Shown: in pieces, positions 36,101 through 49,400 of the stretch
How positions within the stretch are numbered: the first letter of the stretch is position 1
How the letters are laid out: each line of letters opens with the position of its first letter
Assembly (NCBI RefSeq): GCF_033153115.1
Contig: NW_026889779.1
Location: forward strand, 19,964,001 to 20,028,000
Source: Saccostrea echinata
Lineage: Eukaryota
Reading direction: 5' to 3'
Length of the DNA: 64,000 bases
Notes under the pieces: model-generated
Seen by the model: only the letters and a program-made list of their open reading frames with translations
What the model was told of the DNA's origin: nothing
The model's database searches: none
Position numbers and translations under genes: made by a program

Positions 36101-38492
36101 TAACAAGTAATTTCTTTGGAAATTATGTGAAATTTAGATTACACTGCACTTTTAAATTAAAATATTTTATTTTTCAGGTAGACATGCCTCTGGACACTGT
36201 TCTAGACATTGCTGAAGAGGAAACAGAAAATAAAGAATTTGCAAAAAAGAAATCTTCTTTCTTTAAACAAAAGGTACCTGTACTATGTACACCAAGAAAT
36301 CTTATCTGACAGTCACTTTCACACGGTCAAATAAATATAAAGGAAATGTAAGTGGTAACATTAACAAAAAATAGATAAGAGGTTTCTGATGTTAGCAGAT
36401 TCTTGTTAGATAAAATTATTTGCTCATAAATATTTTTAATCATTGAACCAATTTGCCACCTATAAAACCAATTCATACATTTCTTATCAAAGGATTTGAA
36501 TTGAGCAAGAAAGTGTGACAGTTAAACTAACAATTTGTTTTATATATAGCTTATGGAGGATTTGATTGGTGACGTGGTGGTGGGAACTAGTGGGATTTTA
36601 ACAGACGACAGATTGTTCCTGGTGTTAAAGGTCAGCCCTACCACGACTGTTATGTAATCACTGATTGGATCACTTTTTTATGGGGCTTTTAAAACAAGAT
36701 TTATTAATTCTTTGTTATCCAATATCAAAATCAGCTTATATACCAAGGATTTTTTTTTTTTTTTTTAATTTTACTAAGAATTTTTTTTTTTAATTTTAAG
36801 AAACAAAATTTCTTTTAGGCAGTGCATTATTTTACTACATGTATCTGGAAAAAATGTACTTTAAAAGGTTTCTAATATGGAAAAAAATTTCATATTTACA
36901 ACTTTTGTTCATGTTAAATGGTGATACATGTATAGTGTTGTTTAGAAATGGGAGCTACAGATCTGTAGCTTAATTGCTGGTCTGAAAAAATCATGGAGGA
37001 TGACCAATTTTTTTCAGACCAGAAAGTGACAGATCTGCAGCTATAGAAATGTCACCCAGTTTCAAAAAGTAATGCAGTTATTGTTCCAACACTTCAGATT
37101 TGTGAGAAATTTCTGCTAAAAATCATCACACAAATTGAAGATAAATACAATGCTGTAAAATCACATAGTTTGGTGGGATCAAAGTTTTGTGGTTGGAGGA
37201 AAAATATTGTTTTCTGGGGACTTAATTTCATGGTTGAGGAAGTGTTGAGTTGTTGTATATACAAAATTTTACATTTCATGGAGGACATGAATTTGTGGAT
37301 CTTTTCATACCAAAACAAAAACAACAAAAATTAACCACCCACAAAAGTTAGTGAATTCACAGTACCTGGATATTTATTTTTTAAGTGTGTAATAGCCATT
37401 TCATATATAAACATATATTTTTATATTTGTCCTTTGATCTCTGTCAGGTGATGGAGATGACCCCTTCACAGTTTGCCATTTATGAGGAGGAGTGTGAGGA
37501 GGGCTGGGAGGAGGATCTGGAAGAGGACACATCTGTCCTCGCAGACTTTGGTAAGTACATGTATAAGTGTCAGATATTTGTGTTCTACATGTGTAAAGGG
37601 AAACAACTTTGCAATAACAATCTCTCATTTTCAGCTAATAGGGACTAGCTTTGAAAGCATTCTACATTATTTAATATATTCCATTTTCACATTGTTAATG
37701 AATTTCTCTTTAAAAAATGGTGATTACATTTTAAGCACAGGTTCCTTAAAGTATACTGTGATTTTTTTATTGGGTTTTTGATATAAATGAAATAAGTAGA
37801 AATAAGTATTTAATCTGTGCAAATATTAATTAACTGGGCAAGGTTGAATACTGTGGAATCATCATTGTTCATGGGGGACCAATGTTCATGAATTTAGTGG
37901 GTCACCCTTACCTGTGACTTTGCATCCCAATGAACGTTTATTTTGTAAACAGATTGATTCATTGAATCTACCATATAAACAAGTAAACCACGAAATTACG
38001 TCCCCAAGAACAAGTAAAATTTTGCTTGCCAACAAACATTGAACCCCATCAATTAAAATGATTCCAGTATACGTGGTGGATTCTGTAACAATGCTATACA
38101 AAAACTTTACTTTTTTCTGCAGAAAAAATGAAAGATCTGAGCCAATCTTGGAAAACTATCATCTCCAGGTATAAAGTTAAAGACAAAGTTAATTATTTAG
38201 AAAATAAAAGATCTGCCATGTTTTGAAATCAAACTGTCGTTAAAATTACGCAGATTGAAGGTAACACAGTTCTAAATTGGCATCCAACTGAGAACCTACA
38301 TTGCCAGGTTTTTACTGTATAAAATGTTACAGGTCAGCATCTACCTGTTTGAAGAGGTACAACACTAGTATGCAGGAAGATGAGGAGAAGTTAATGCAGA
38401 TCAAGACACTTAACTCACGGCAGCAACATTCATTATATCTGTGTTATGGACAGAAAATGTTACTGCAGAAATTAATAAATGCCTGCAGATAA
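30196..38492 (+). CDS. SETD6: N-lysine methyltransferase SETD6, 11 coding exons, 466 aa
   Basis: Exons 30196-30357, 31561-31705, 34296-34431, 34707-34835, 35036-35279, 35421-35519, 36178-36273, 36550-36630, 37448-37550, 38123-38168, 38333-38492 (1401 nt, GT-AG, in phase). Motifs: [61 protein letters not shown] and a C-terminal Rubisco-LSMT-like region. Confidence 0.93.
30432..31113. mobile_element. MITE with long TIRs and 5-bp TSD (hAT5-like)
   Basis: gttaa|caggtccggcacaatcacttgatttagctatatagcttg ... caagctatatagctaaatcaagagattgtgctggacctg|gttaa. Confidence 0.8.
32092..33468 (+). mobile_element. HINE-type non-autonomous Helentron inserted in a T-run
   Basis: 5' tttgaggcgcatcgc; 3' gtgatgcgcctc followed by the palindrome aggccttcaggcct. 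An empty copy of the target site lies at 33500-33580. Confidence 0.7.
33702..33965 (+). mobile_element. short HINE/pearl-like element
   Basis: tttttatgcccccttcgaagaaggggggcata hairpin, (ctgt)n, one core unit, and 3' gggggata..gtgtttcacaaacatctcttgtt. Confidence 0.7.
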
Positions 38493-38979
38493 AATACTTG
38501 TGTTGAAAGTCTTATTAGTGTACTTTAGTGTAATATGAACTCTCCAGGACATATTTTAACAGTGGATTACAGTGTACTTTAAACATTTTATTATACTTTA
38601 AACAATTTATTATTAAATTTGTTGTTTTTATCTCTCCTTGACAAAGTTGATACGAGATACCCCTTGCTTCAGCATCTCAGTTGAAGTTTTAGGAGCAAGT
38701 CCATTTTCAAGTAACTTCGAGCATGAGCCCTACCTGAACCAAACTTGTATGAATGATGCATCTAGTGATGTATACTACCAGACGTGCTTGGACATCTGGC
38801 TCTAGGGCCAGTTCACTTTTGAGATCAGTCAAAAAATCTCAGATTCCAGACTCACTTCAAACCAGAGAGCATGACCTTCACAACATGGGTAGAAGACTAT
38901 TAAAATTTTTATTATAATTCGGAAAAAGTTTGTCTGCTAAATTTCCATGAGTAGAGAAAATTTTCAAAGATGTACATGT

Positions 38980-40860
38980 ATTTTCATATATGACCAACTA
39001 AGCCCCACCATAAGGCATGAACCATGGACCCAGGGGTAATTAATATCACAATTATGGTACATGTGAACTGTTCAGGACTAAATATAATCATGCACACAAT
39101 TTGCTTGCTGGTTTAATGAATTGTTCTCTTCCAAAAATGTTAAGCTATTAAGTAAACTTTGCTCGTTTATAAAAATTGTAAATGAGAGAGTCAAACCTCC
39201 TGGTTAATAACATTTATATATATAGAAATATGATGCAATCATAAACACATTTTGTATATATGTTACATGTTTTGCTCATGCATGTATGTTGTTATAATTG
39301 TAATATGTTGCTTTGATCTCTATGTTGTTAAATAACAACCAAAGAGATACAAATAAACTGGTAAACTGACTAGATGTCCAGGGGTAAAGAAGATTTGATA
39401 GGCAATGATAGGTAAAGTGAGTTTTTAGAACTTGTGTCTGATCCCATTGTACAGATGTATATACCAGTACAGGTATATATTATAATAAAATATGTTAATT
39501 AAATCAATGCATGTTCAATATACATGCTTGACCAGCTAAGTTCCACTCTAGAGCCTGAACCCGCGGCCATGAATTTCACAATTTTGGTAGGTTTCTTGCT
39601 TTTCCTAGCAATGCATTCAATTTTACATACACACAAGTAGAGACAAATTTTCTAAGATTATGTGCATTTTTGCAATATGACCATATTGGCCCCACCTTGG
39701 AGGAAGGCCCTGAGTATCATGGAAAACACTATTTTGATGAGGGTTTAATACTGTTCCCAACCATGCATTCTGTTTAACTTCTAGATGTGCAGGAGTAAAA
39801 AAGATTTTCTTGCATTAAGTACATATTCCCTATTTCTACCCCTTTCCTGGAGGAAGAACCTCTGCCCTGGGGGTCATGATAAACTCAGTTTGGATAGGGG
39901 GCTGCATGTTCTTGCTAACCATGCTATTAGTATTCCTTAAAAATATGCAGGAGAGGATTTTGTTAGATTATGCACATTTACACTAAATGACCATTTTGGG
40001 AAGAACCCTTAAGCTTGCCCTGGAGGTCAGAAAAACATTATTTTGGTATTGCTTCATGCTCTTCTTAACCATACATTCATTTTTCCTAGAAGATGTGCAG
40101 GAGTGGAGAGGAATATTTCGTAAAATTATGTACAGTTTTACAGTATGACCATTTTGGCAACACATTGGAAAAAGAACCCTTGCCCTATCTAGGAGTTATG
40201 AAAAACAATTTTAGTAGAGGGCTTCATATGTTCCTTCTATCCAGGCCTTCATTTTTCCCTCAACTAAAGATTACCGATATGTACATTTTCACTAATGCTA
40301 CATGAACATTTTGGTCCTGTCTTGGAGGCAGAACCCCTGCTGGGGGTAATGAAAAAAACACACATCTTTGGTAGTGGCCTTCATGATCTTCTGTACCATG
40401 CATTGTTTTACTTCAAGATGTGTAAGAGTAGAGAGGAATACTTTTGAAAATTTGGCTATTATTAGCAGTTTTTTTTATTGTCCCACCTCTAAAATCTCAG
40501 GCATTTAATGATATGATTATACCCTTACCCCGAATACCAAATTTGATGACAATTGACCAAGTACTGTGGAATCATTTGAATTGTGGGGGTCAATGTTTAT
40601 GGGAAACCAAAATTTTACTGGTTCCTAAGGATGTACTTTCATGGGTAACTTGTATATAAAAAAAGTTTCAATGAATAATACCTTGTCAAAGTTCGTTCAT
40701 GGGGATGTAAATTCAAGGGTAAGGGTGAACCATGAACTTTGGTCCCCCATGAACAACGATGATTCCACCATAGCTTTCAAGGAGAAATTATAAATATTCA
40801 ATTGTAATTGGTTGAAGATCAATGGAATAGGTCACCTGATTGACTCTGGTAATCTAAGCA
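38980..40860 (-). repeat. degenerate ~170-bp satellite-core array of a HINE element, interrupted by a MITE at ~40562-40772
   Basis: Repeated gaaccc(c)tgccc..ggggtcatga...ttttggtagaggg...catgcatt...agatgtgcaggagt units; terminal ggtcacctgattgactc. Confidence 0.6.
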
Positions 40861-40910
40861 CCAGTTTCTTACTCTCTATTTTTGCACTTAAAAAAGTTGC
40901 AAATGTATAA

Positions 40911-40911
<1 letters not shown>

Positions 40912-40961
<50 letters not shown>

Positions 40962-41518
40962 TGTCCGTCGTCCATCCGTCTGAAAATTTTCACTTTTTCA
41001 ACTTCTTCTCAAGAACTACTGAGCCAATTTTAACCAAAGTTGGTAGAGAGCATCCTTGGGTGAAGGGGAGTTTAAATTCTTAAAGTGAAGGGCCAACCCC
41101 CTTACAAGGGGAGATAATCAAGAAAAGACAAAAATAGGGTGGGTCATTAAAAAATCTTCTTTTCAAGAACCACTGGGCCAGAAAAGCTGAAATTTATGTG
41201 GAAGCATCCTTGGGTGGTGTAGATTCTAAATTGTTCAATCATGGCCCCTTGGGCTAGGGCGGGGCCACAATAGGGAATCAAAGTTTTACATTGAAATATA
41301 TATGCAAGATCTTTGAAAATCTTCTCAAGAACCACTGGGCCAGAAAAGCTGAAACTTACGTGGAAGCATCCTTGGGTAGTGTAGATTCTAAGTTGTTCAA
41401 ATCATGGCCCCCGGGGGTAAGGCGGGGCACAATAAATATTACAAAGGGGAGGTCTTGTGAAGAACAGCAGAGCCAAAGTAACTCAGGAGAGTGTTGTGGC
41501 CCATGGGCCTTTTGTTTT
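40912..41518 (+). mobile_element. complete HINE/pearl (CvA/Cg170-like) non-autonomous Helentron
   Basis: tttttagctcacctgagctgaaagctcaagtgagc, gtcc microsatellite, 2-3 cores of ~160 bp (ttctcaagaaccactgggcc), 3' actcaggagag plus ggcccatgggcc palindrome, T-rich flanks. Confidence 0.85.
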
Positions 41519-43404
41519 TTTACCACTACCACTTTCTCCTGACAATAGACATTTACTCTTAAGTTTCTTTCTCTATTTTACCAGACATTAACTTGTCAAG
41601 AAAAAAATAGTGATGTCATATTATTTATTTTCTCATCACAATGACAGAAATGTGCAAACCAAATAAAAAATAATTAATTTCAAGGTAGCAAAATGGCTCT
41701 GATGAATTAGAAATGTTGGCAAAATAAACTTCTAATGCACATGAATATTCGCCAATTTTTTTTTTATATTTTATAAGTGAAATTTTATTTGAATAACAAT
41801 TGAAAGCCACAAAAAATGTTAAGGACCAGTAAAAATGAGAAAATGAATTGTATTATTCCATAAAACTGATTATAAGTTACGTTTTCATGTACCATTACTT
41901 ATGTGTAACAAACTGTAAAATAAACATTCACATACATAAAGCTACTGGTATATACCAGTAGGTTCATTATAAATACATAAACACACACAATTCTGGGTTG
42001 AACAACCTGAACACATAGTTTGAAAACATGACAGAGGTGTATTGGCTACAGTAACAGATGGATAGGGTTCAAAGTCTAAAATCAAAACAGGTGTATCTAC
42101 TGGGTATTCACTTCATTGTAGTGCAAATAATAATGGTTTAGTCATACAAAAAATGCAGTGGAGTAAATAAAAACTTGTTTTCAGTCATTCCATGCAAGGT
42201 ATTTAAAACAAGTTAAAGTAAGTTTTAAGGATGTGCTTAATTAATCCATATGATTAATTTTTTCTAATTTATTTTGACAATTTCGTTTTTTTACAGATTT
42301 ATTATTTGATTGACTACCACTACTGTAGATCAACAAATTTTTGCGACATCTTATTTTCGCGAGAAAATAAATTGGTATTTATAAGCAAAAAAAAATTTCA
42401 CGAATTTTGGTACCATTGTATATAATCTGTACTAATGAAAATATACGCACGAATGAAATTTTTGCAAGCAGACCGTCTCAAGTAAATACATAAAGTTCTT
42501 GCAAATAAAAATGATTTACACTATTCAAAACATGATTTCTTATTCAGGAAAGAGGAGACATGGTGTGTATATATACAATATAAATATAGATGTACATGTA
42601 TAAAGATATACAAATTACATGTTCAACATCAGTTCACGGGTTTCAGTTTGATGCTAATGGAATGCTGGACTAAATTACATGAAGGTGGTAGCCTTACTTT
42701 CAATAGATTTACATTTAATTCACTGTTTCCCTTTATATATACAAGTTTGTAGAAAACAAAACAATCTGGAAAACTTAAATCATTTATCTCTTCCTCTATC
42801 TCATTTAAAACCTTTCAGTTATACCTTTCCAACATAATATCACTGAAGTTATTAAAGATTCAAAACTGTATATACCATACATATGAATGCATATAAACGG
42901 TAAACTACATTTATTGTTAAAATTTAAAGAACAGATCTTTGATCTTAATGGTATCAGTCTAATTGCAATTGTACAAAATTCTAAGATAAAGAAAACTTGA
43001 ACATGAATGAAATTAAATAAATGCATGCCTAATTAATATCATTAGAAAAACTTGTATGAGATCAACAACTTGGTATTTATGTACAGTTATGAAAAAGCTA
43101 CATTTTGTATCTGAACAGATGTTAACTAGTATGAAAAGCACTAATACCGGTACTTAATTATTCAAATCATTATCTTGCATTTTATCTGTTATGATAAAAA
43201 CATACTAACATTTGGCACATCACAAACTTGCAAAAAAAAAAAAATTACTTAATCATACACAATGCAATTAAATCAAAGCTAATTACATGACCTGATTTCT
43301 AAATTCAAAACATGATTAAGAACATTATCTGTTCAACACACAAGTAGATCATAATTTATACGGACTGAAAGTTAAATGCTGATGGAGACAACTTTTCCAC
43401 ACTG

Positions 43405-46400
43405 TTATTTGTGTCGGTGACAGAAATCTTGTCCTGGTATTGTTGACAGTCGACAAGGGGTTCCTGTTCGTGTCAGACCATGACAACGCACACTCGTTGT
43501 GCTAGAACGGGAGGGTGTGGATGACCTGTAAATAATATTCTTAAACATCACATTAAGCTTCTAACACCATTCCAGGCTATTTGCTGTATGATATATTTCT
43601 CTTTGCTTGTTGGGCGGCCTGAGTTAAAAGCTCAAGTGATTTTTTCCAACTGGTTCTCTTATTACACTGTACCTGCATACACATATACCTGTTTTTCTCT
43701 CAACTGTAATTTTTTTCCCTCATTTTTCAAGAACGCTGAGCCAATTTCAACAAAACCTGGTATTCTTTGGTAAAGAAATGTCAAGTTGGACTATTCCACC
43801 CTTCAAATGTATACGAATTAGAAATGATGAAAAGGATATGTTAAAAATCCCTTACTATTGCAATGTTCATTGAATCTAGGGTCCCATACATATGATAAAA
43901 CACTGCCTTTTCACCCTCAAGGTAGTTTTAACAAAGTTTTTTTAAAATTTGAACATAACATTTACAATGTTACCCTGACCTCACCCCAGGAGCAAAATTT
44001 TAATTTGAATTTTCATTATAAACATGTAGGAATAATTTTGTGTAACCAATTCTAACACTACCTCTGGAGAATTTTATATGTAGAGTAATCCTATCTTAAC
44101 CTTTATAAAAACAATAGCAGCAACCTCTGTCTCTGAGGGCCATGACATGACCCCATTTCAATAAGAATTTTGCATATCAACATGCAGCCTTGTTATTACT
44201 TAAAATTTTTTTTTAGATTCTTTGCCCTTTAAAATCATACACATAGGTCCATAAACAAATAGTTTATGTTTAGAAAAAAGATTATTTGATCTCATTTGTA
44301 TACATAGATCCTAATATACATGTACCTAGAGAATGATCGTGTAAAGGCGGAGGTAGATGGGAGGGGAGTCTCTGGTCTAGTGTGGATTGGTATATCAAAG
44401 TTCTCATCTAAAAAGCGCCTCACATTCTCATCTTCATCCAACTAAAAAGAAAACATGTAGAAGATTAATTGATGAAAATGTATATATATGTAAGACTCCC
44501 AAGTCCAATGGGCACGCCAAAGTCCGACTGTCATGCCAAAGTCTGATGGTTTAATGCGCCAAACCCTGATGGTTTGATGTAGGTATGGACTCCAAAGTCT
44601 GATGGTCACACCAGGGTTCAAAATTCACTATATACAACTCGCAAAATGCGAGTTAGAATTCCCAAATTGCGAATTAAAAATTAGGTAACTCGCAAAAACT
44701 TGCGAGTTGATTTTTTTCCTTTGGAAAAAATCAGTCCCTTCTTGCTTATAGTTTTCATTTTGGGTATGTATTTTATTTCCTCCTTATCTAAATATCAGCA
44801 TGACTAGTTTTTTTTTTTTAAACGGCAATTGGAAGAGGGTGCTGAAAACAAATGAACAGCACCAACAATGATGATCATGTACGTGTTTCATTTGAAATGT
44901 TAAAAAATAATAGGCATGGGAAAAGGGTTATATATAACCCTCGGAAAAAAAAAAGTTGTGAATGACTTATTTGTGAAACTCTATCATAAAATTTGTAAGA
45001 ACTTTGTCACTTTATAATAATAGATGTATAAATACAGTACCATATGTTTAATTCCTCATATTACAGTTAAATTATCAAGATAAAGTGAGGGGAAAAACAT
45101 GCATTGAAACTGTAGCAAAATTATATAATATGACAGAACACAATGCTTTTGATTTAAATCAGTAATTTAAATAAAAGTCGCACTGTAATTGAATTTTGAA
45201 CAGTAGTTTCTTTTTCCTTAAGTTACATGTATTTAATTTTCATTTTAAAAAGGATTTTATATGAAAATTGCGAGTTATCTTATAAAATTGCGAGTTAACT
45301 TTCTTGGTACTCGCAATTATTTGCGAGTTGTAATTTTAGGGAGTTTCCTGCACACTAAAGTCTGATGGCTCATTTCCTATGAGATACGCTGTGCTAAAGT
45401 GCAATGGTCTGATACACCAAAGTCCGATACACTGATGTGCAATGGTCTGATACACCAAAGTCTGATACACTGATGGTGCAGAGAAACAATCAACATTTAT
45501 GACCTCACAATATTCCAATGTCAATCCATGTTGCCATTGTCCTGCATTCAAAAGCCAACAATTCAGTATTTATCAAGTCCTTGCATACAATTTTACTGTT
45601 TTTGCTTACTGCTTGTACCCACCGATATTACGGTAAGTCCTCATATACTACTCGACTGATATGGGCTAGTCCTTGCACAATATTGGACTGATTATTTGAT
45701 CGATTCACACCCACCCAAAAGATTTAGGGTTAGTCCTTGCACACTATTTGACTGATTAGGGTTAGTCTCGCATTTAATACACATGTACATATATTCGCAT
45801 TTATTTAAAAAAACCATTGGATATCTTGGCATGGCGCAGCATCGCAATTTGGCGCAGCAGTACTTATCTTGGCATGGCGCAGCATCGCACTTTGGCGCAG
45901 TAGTACTATGACTTCATAAACGTTAATTGTTTTTTTCTGCACCATCAGACTTTGGTGTGTCAAACCATCAGGGTTTGGTGCAGACCATCAGACCATTGAC
46001 GTGACCATCGGACTTTGGAGTCCTACATATACGAGGGTTGTCCAAAAAGTTCGTGGACAAATGCTTAATTTTCTTTATAAAGTCCGCAATGGCAAACATA
46101 CGAAAATATATTAATATAGACCATGATTGAGTAAATGTACAAAAAATTAAAACAATGCACACTATTTACTGAACATCATAGGTGTAAATACTTTGTATAT
46201 GCAAGTTGCACGGGCCAGTCTGATGTAACGCTTATTTCATGATAACGTCAGAAATATGAATTTTGAATTTTTATCGCATGTTCATAGATGCACGCTTTTT
46301 TTCTTTATTATGCCACATTGCCAAATATGTGCAATAATATTTATGTATAGATTATAATTAATTTAAATTTAAAATTCAAAACAATACACAATAATTTACA

Positions 46401-49400
46401 AGCGTCATCAATATTAACACTTCGTAAACACAGGATGCACAGCCCAGCCCGACGGCGCTATATTTATAACAACGTCATGAATAGGAATATATCCTATTTT
46501 CATCAAATAACAGTGGTTTTCCACTTCTTGTAGTGTCTCAATTTTACACACCATTGAAAAATCGTATACACCAATTACAAATCACTAGACTAAATATTCT
46601 CCAATAAATTTAAGTTGTTTGAATAAATTTTTTGTTTTTTACGACGTTTCAACCATATTAACCATAATTGTATGATTGGACACTGTCCCGTTCCGATGGC
46701 TGACGTCGCTTTTTCTGTCAATTTTTGAAACATACTTCTTGCGGTTTTCACTTAATATTTTCATTGTCTATTTAGTAAGGGATACTAAAGGTATCAGAAA
46801 ATGGCGATAACCGCTTTATTTGTGATATATTAAATTTTTATTCAACTTTAACAGGTTTTAGAAAGAAAATAATCATTTCAATCAGATCACTTTATTTAAA
46901 AGTTCATGGCATTTTAACCCTGGTCCGTGTGCACTATCGGCGACCTTTAATGACCGAGATTTTTACAAAAATATTAAGTTCAAACAATAAAAACCAAACT
47001 ATTCCGACTTGGATTTTCATAACTAATATTTTGGTATACAATAAGCATATCTTGAACCATTCATTTTGACAAAAACGCCATTGTCCACGCACTTTTTGGA
47101 CAACCCTCGTATATGTATGTTTAAAGTGTTTGTTCTTTTTTTAATCTCTAATGCATTCATTATATGAAGGTTAAAATAAGGATAATGTACTGTAAAAGGT
47201 GGAAATATTAACGAACCAAATGTGAAAAACATTGAAGAAATTAAGGAATGACTAATAATCATGCAAGTTTCCACTTGTGAATTTTCTCAATCTTGATAAA
47301 GAACAAAGTTAGGGACTAGTAAACCATTAAAATTTCCACTCATCATATTTCTAAAACAAGAAAATCATCAAACTTTTAACCCTCATTATAACCACTTTCA
47401 CACTATGTGTACAAGTACAAATTATATAGTACACATTATACATTACATTTCGCAGAGCTGATAGTTTACCATTGTTGAGGAATCAGGCCTGGCTCTGGTC
47501 GCCTGGCTGTGATTTGTATCACTTCCACATGCTCCTCTGTTATTGCCATCAGGAACTAAGACATAAAAAGTAACATATTACATGTAGCATTCCATATCAT
47601 TATGCACTTCTCTTGAAAATCCATGTACAATAAAGCCTCATTAATTCTGAAGCCAATAATACTGATACTTCACCTTTCAGATGAAATTTACGGGGAACAG
47701 AATTTACATTTATATCAATTAATTAGAAAAGGTATACTTCAGTAATCTAGATGCTTTATTAATCTGGATGATTTGCTCCTAAACACAAACATCCAGGTAA
47801 TGATGCATGATTATACATTATATGCATGTGTATATGTATTAAGTGTATAAAGTGAAGCCTTGTCATTTGTATTTCCATGCAAACCTTCCTGATTAATGAA
47901 GCATCCATAACTTTTATATGAGGCAGATTTATGTTTTGTTCCCCACAAATTTTGTCCAAAGGTAAAGCTTCCAGATAATTTGAGGCTCCACTGTTCTCCC
48001 CATACATGTACAAAATTAAATAAAAATCCCATATTATCTTTCTTTTTCAAACAAGAAAATGTCTTCAATGTTACCATTTCACTTTAATCCAAAGCTAAGT
48101 CAACAACATTGTGTTAAAAATTCTCTAGCATGTTAACCAGGATTTCACAAACAGAGATTTTAAGATATACATTGTGCTTTTATAGACATGATGAATCAAA
48201 GATCTAGAATGCACACACACACACAAACACACACAAATGTGCAATTCTCCATCATATTAATTTTTTTTTTGTAAAATCATATTTTGACATTTTTGTTTCT
48301 CTGCTGTAACACTCTATTTACCAGAATTCTGGAATCTTTGTAAGAGGTTCTGTAATGTATGCATGTCACCAGCTGACAAAGGAGAACTCGAGTCAGAGAT
48401 CGGGGAATTCCCTATGGCAAGATATGGCTCCCCTCTAGTGTCCATCTTAGGTCGCCAGATATGGTACATAACATTAGCTGAAAAAAATATATAACAAAAA
48501 CATATTCCATTTACATGTACAATGTATTTTGTGATTCTATTAATTCTTTGAAAAAATTTGAAATTTTGTTCTTTGCCTCACTCTTGCTTTATATAGGGGA
48601 AGTGTTGTCAAAATCAGCACTGAAAGACTAAATCTTTCAGCTCTTCCTTATTTTAAAGTTTAATTATTATGTAATATATTGATTTCAATATTTCACATTA
48701 ATTCAAAATTATCACTTAAAGATGACATTCTTTACACTCGTCTTTGTTTGGAGAACAATCATGCAAATTGAAATCAATATTTTACAACAATGTAAAAAAA
48801 AAACCCACTCAATTCACAACTTTCAGATACATACCTGTCACTACAGTGAAAATGAAACCCAAGACTTGTCTAAATCCAATACTGTGTCCAAACTTGAGTT
48901 CAGCAACAGCATTGATTGTTAGAGCTACAATGATGGCCAGGCGAGACAGACGAGGAATTTGTAGATATACAGACATGATTATTATAAAGAGGAAAAACAT
49001 GAGATGCTGTCCCCAGGACATCAACACTGCCAGCTTGTCCTCTGTAAGATAAAAACATGGTACATCAGGGAGAAATACAGTTAAACCTCAGTGTCCAGAA
49101 CAAAAATATCTCAACAGTTACCATGGATACGTCAAAGTGAGTTGGAAGTCCCAACCAATTTTTCTTTATGTATTTTAACCTCAGTATCTCAAATCCCCTG
49201 ACATTTTGATATATTTTCTTGGCTTCAAAGATTTTGAGATAATGAGGTTTGACTGTATGTTCTGTATAGAATAATTCTTATTTTGACGGGCACTTAAGAC
49301 GAATGAGTTTTTCTTTTTATTCTGAAATTCTAACTGAATATCAAATACATAATAAATGCCATATACCTTGTTAATTAAGGAAATTCAAACAAACATAAAC

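Noticed and set aside
46032-47109. Autonomous mariner transposase
   Set aside because: No long ORF or DDD/E motif is visible between the TIRs.
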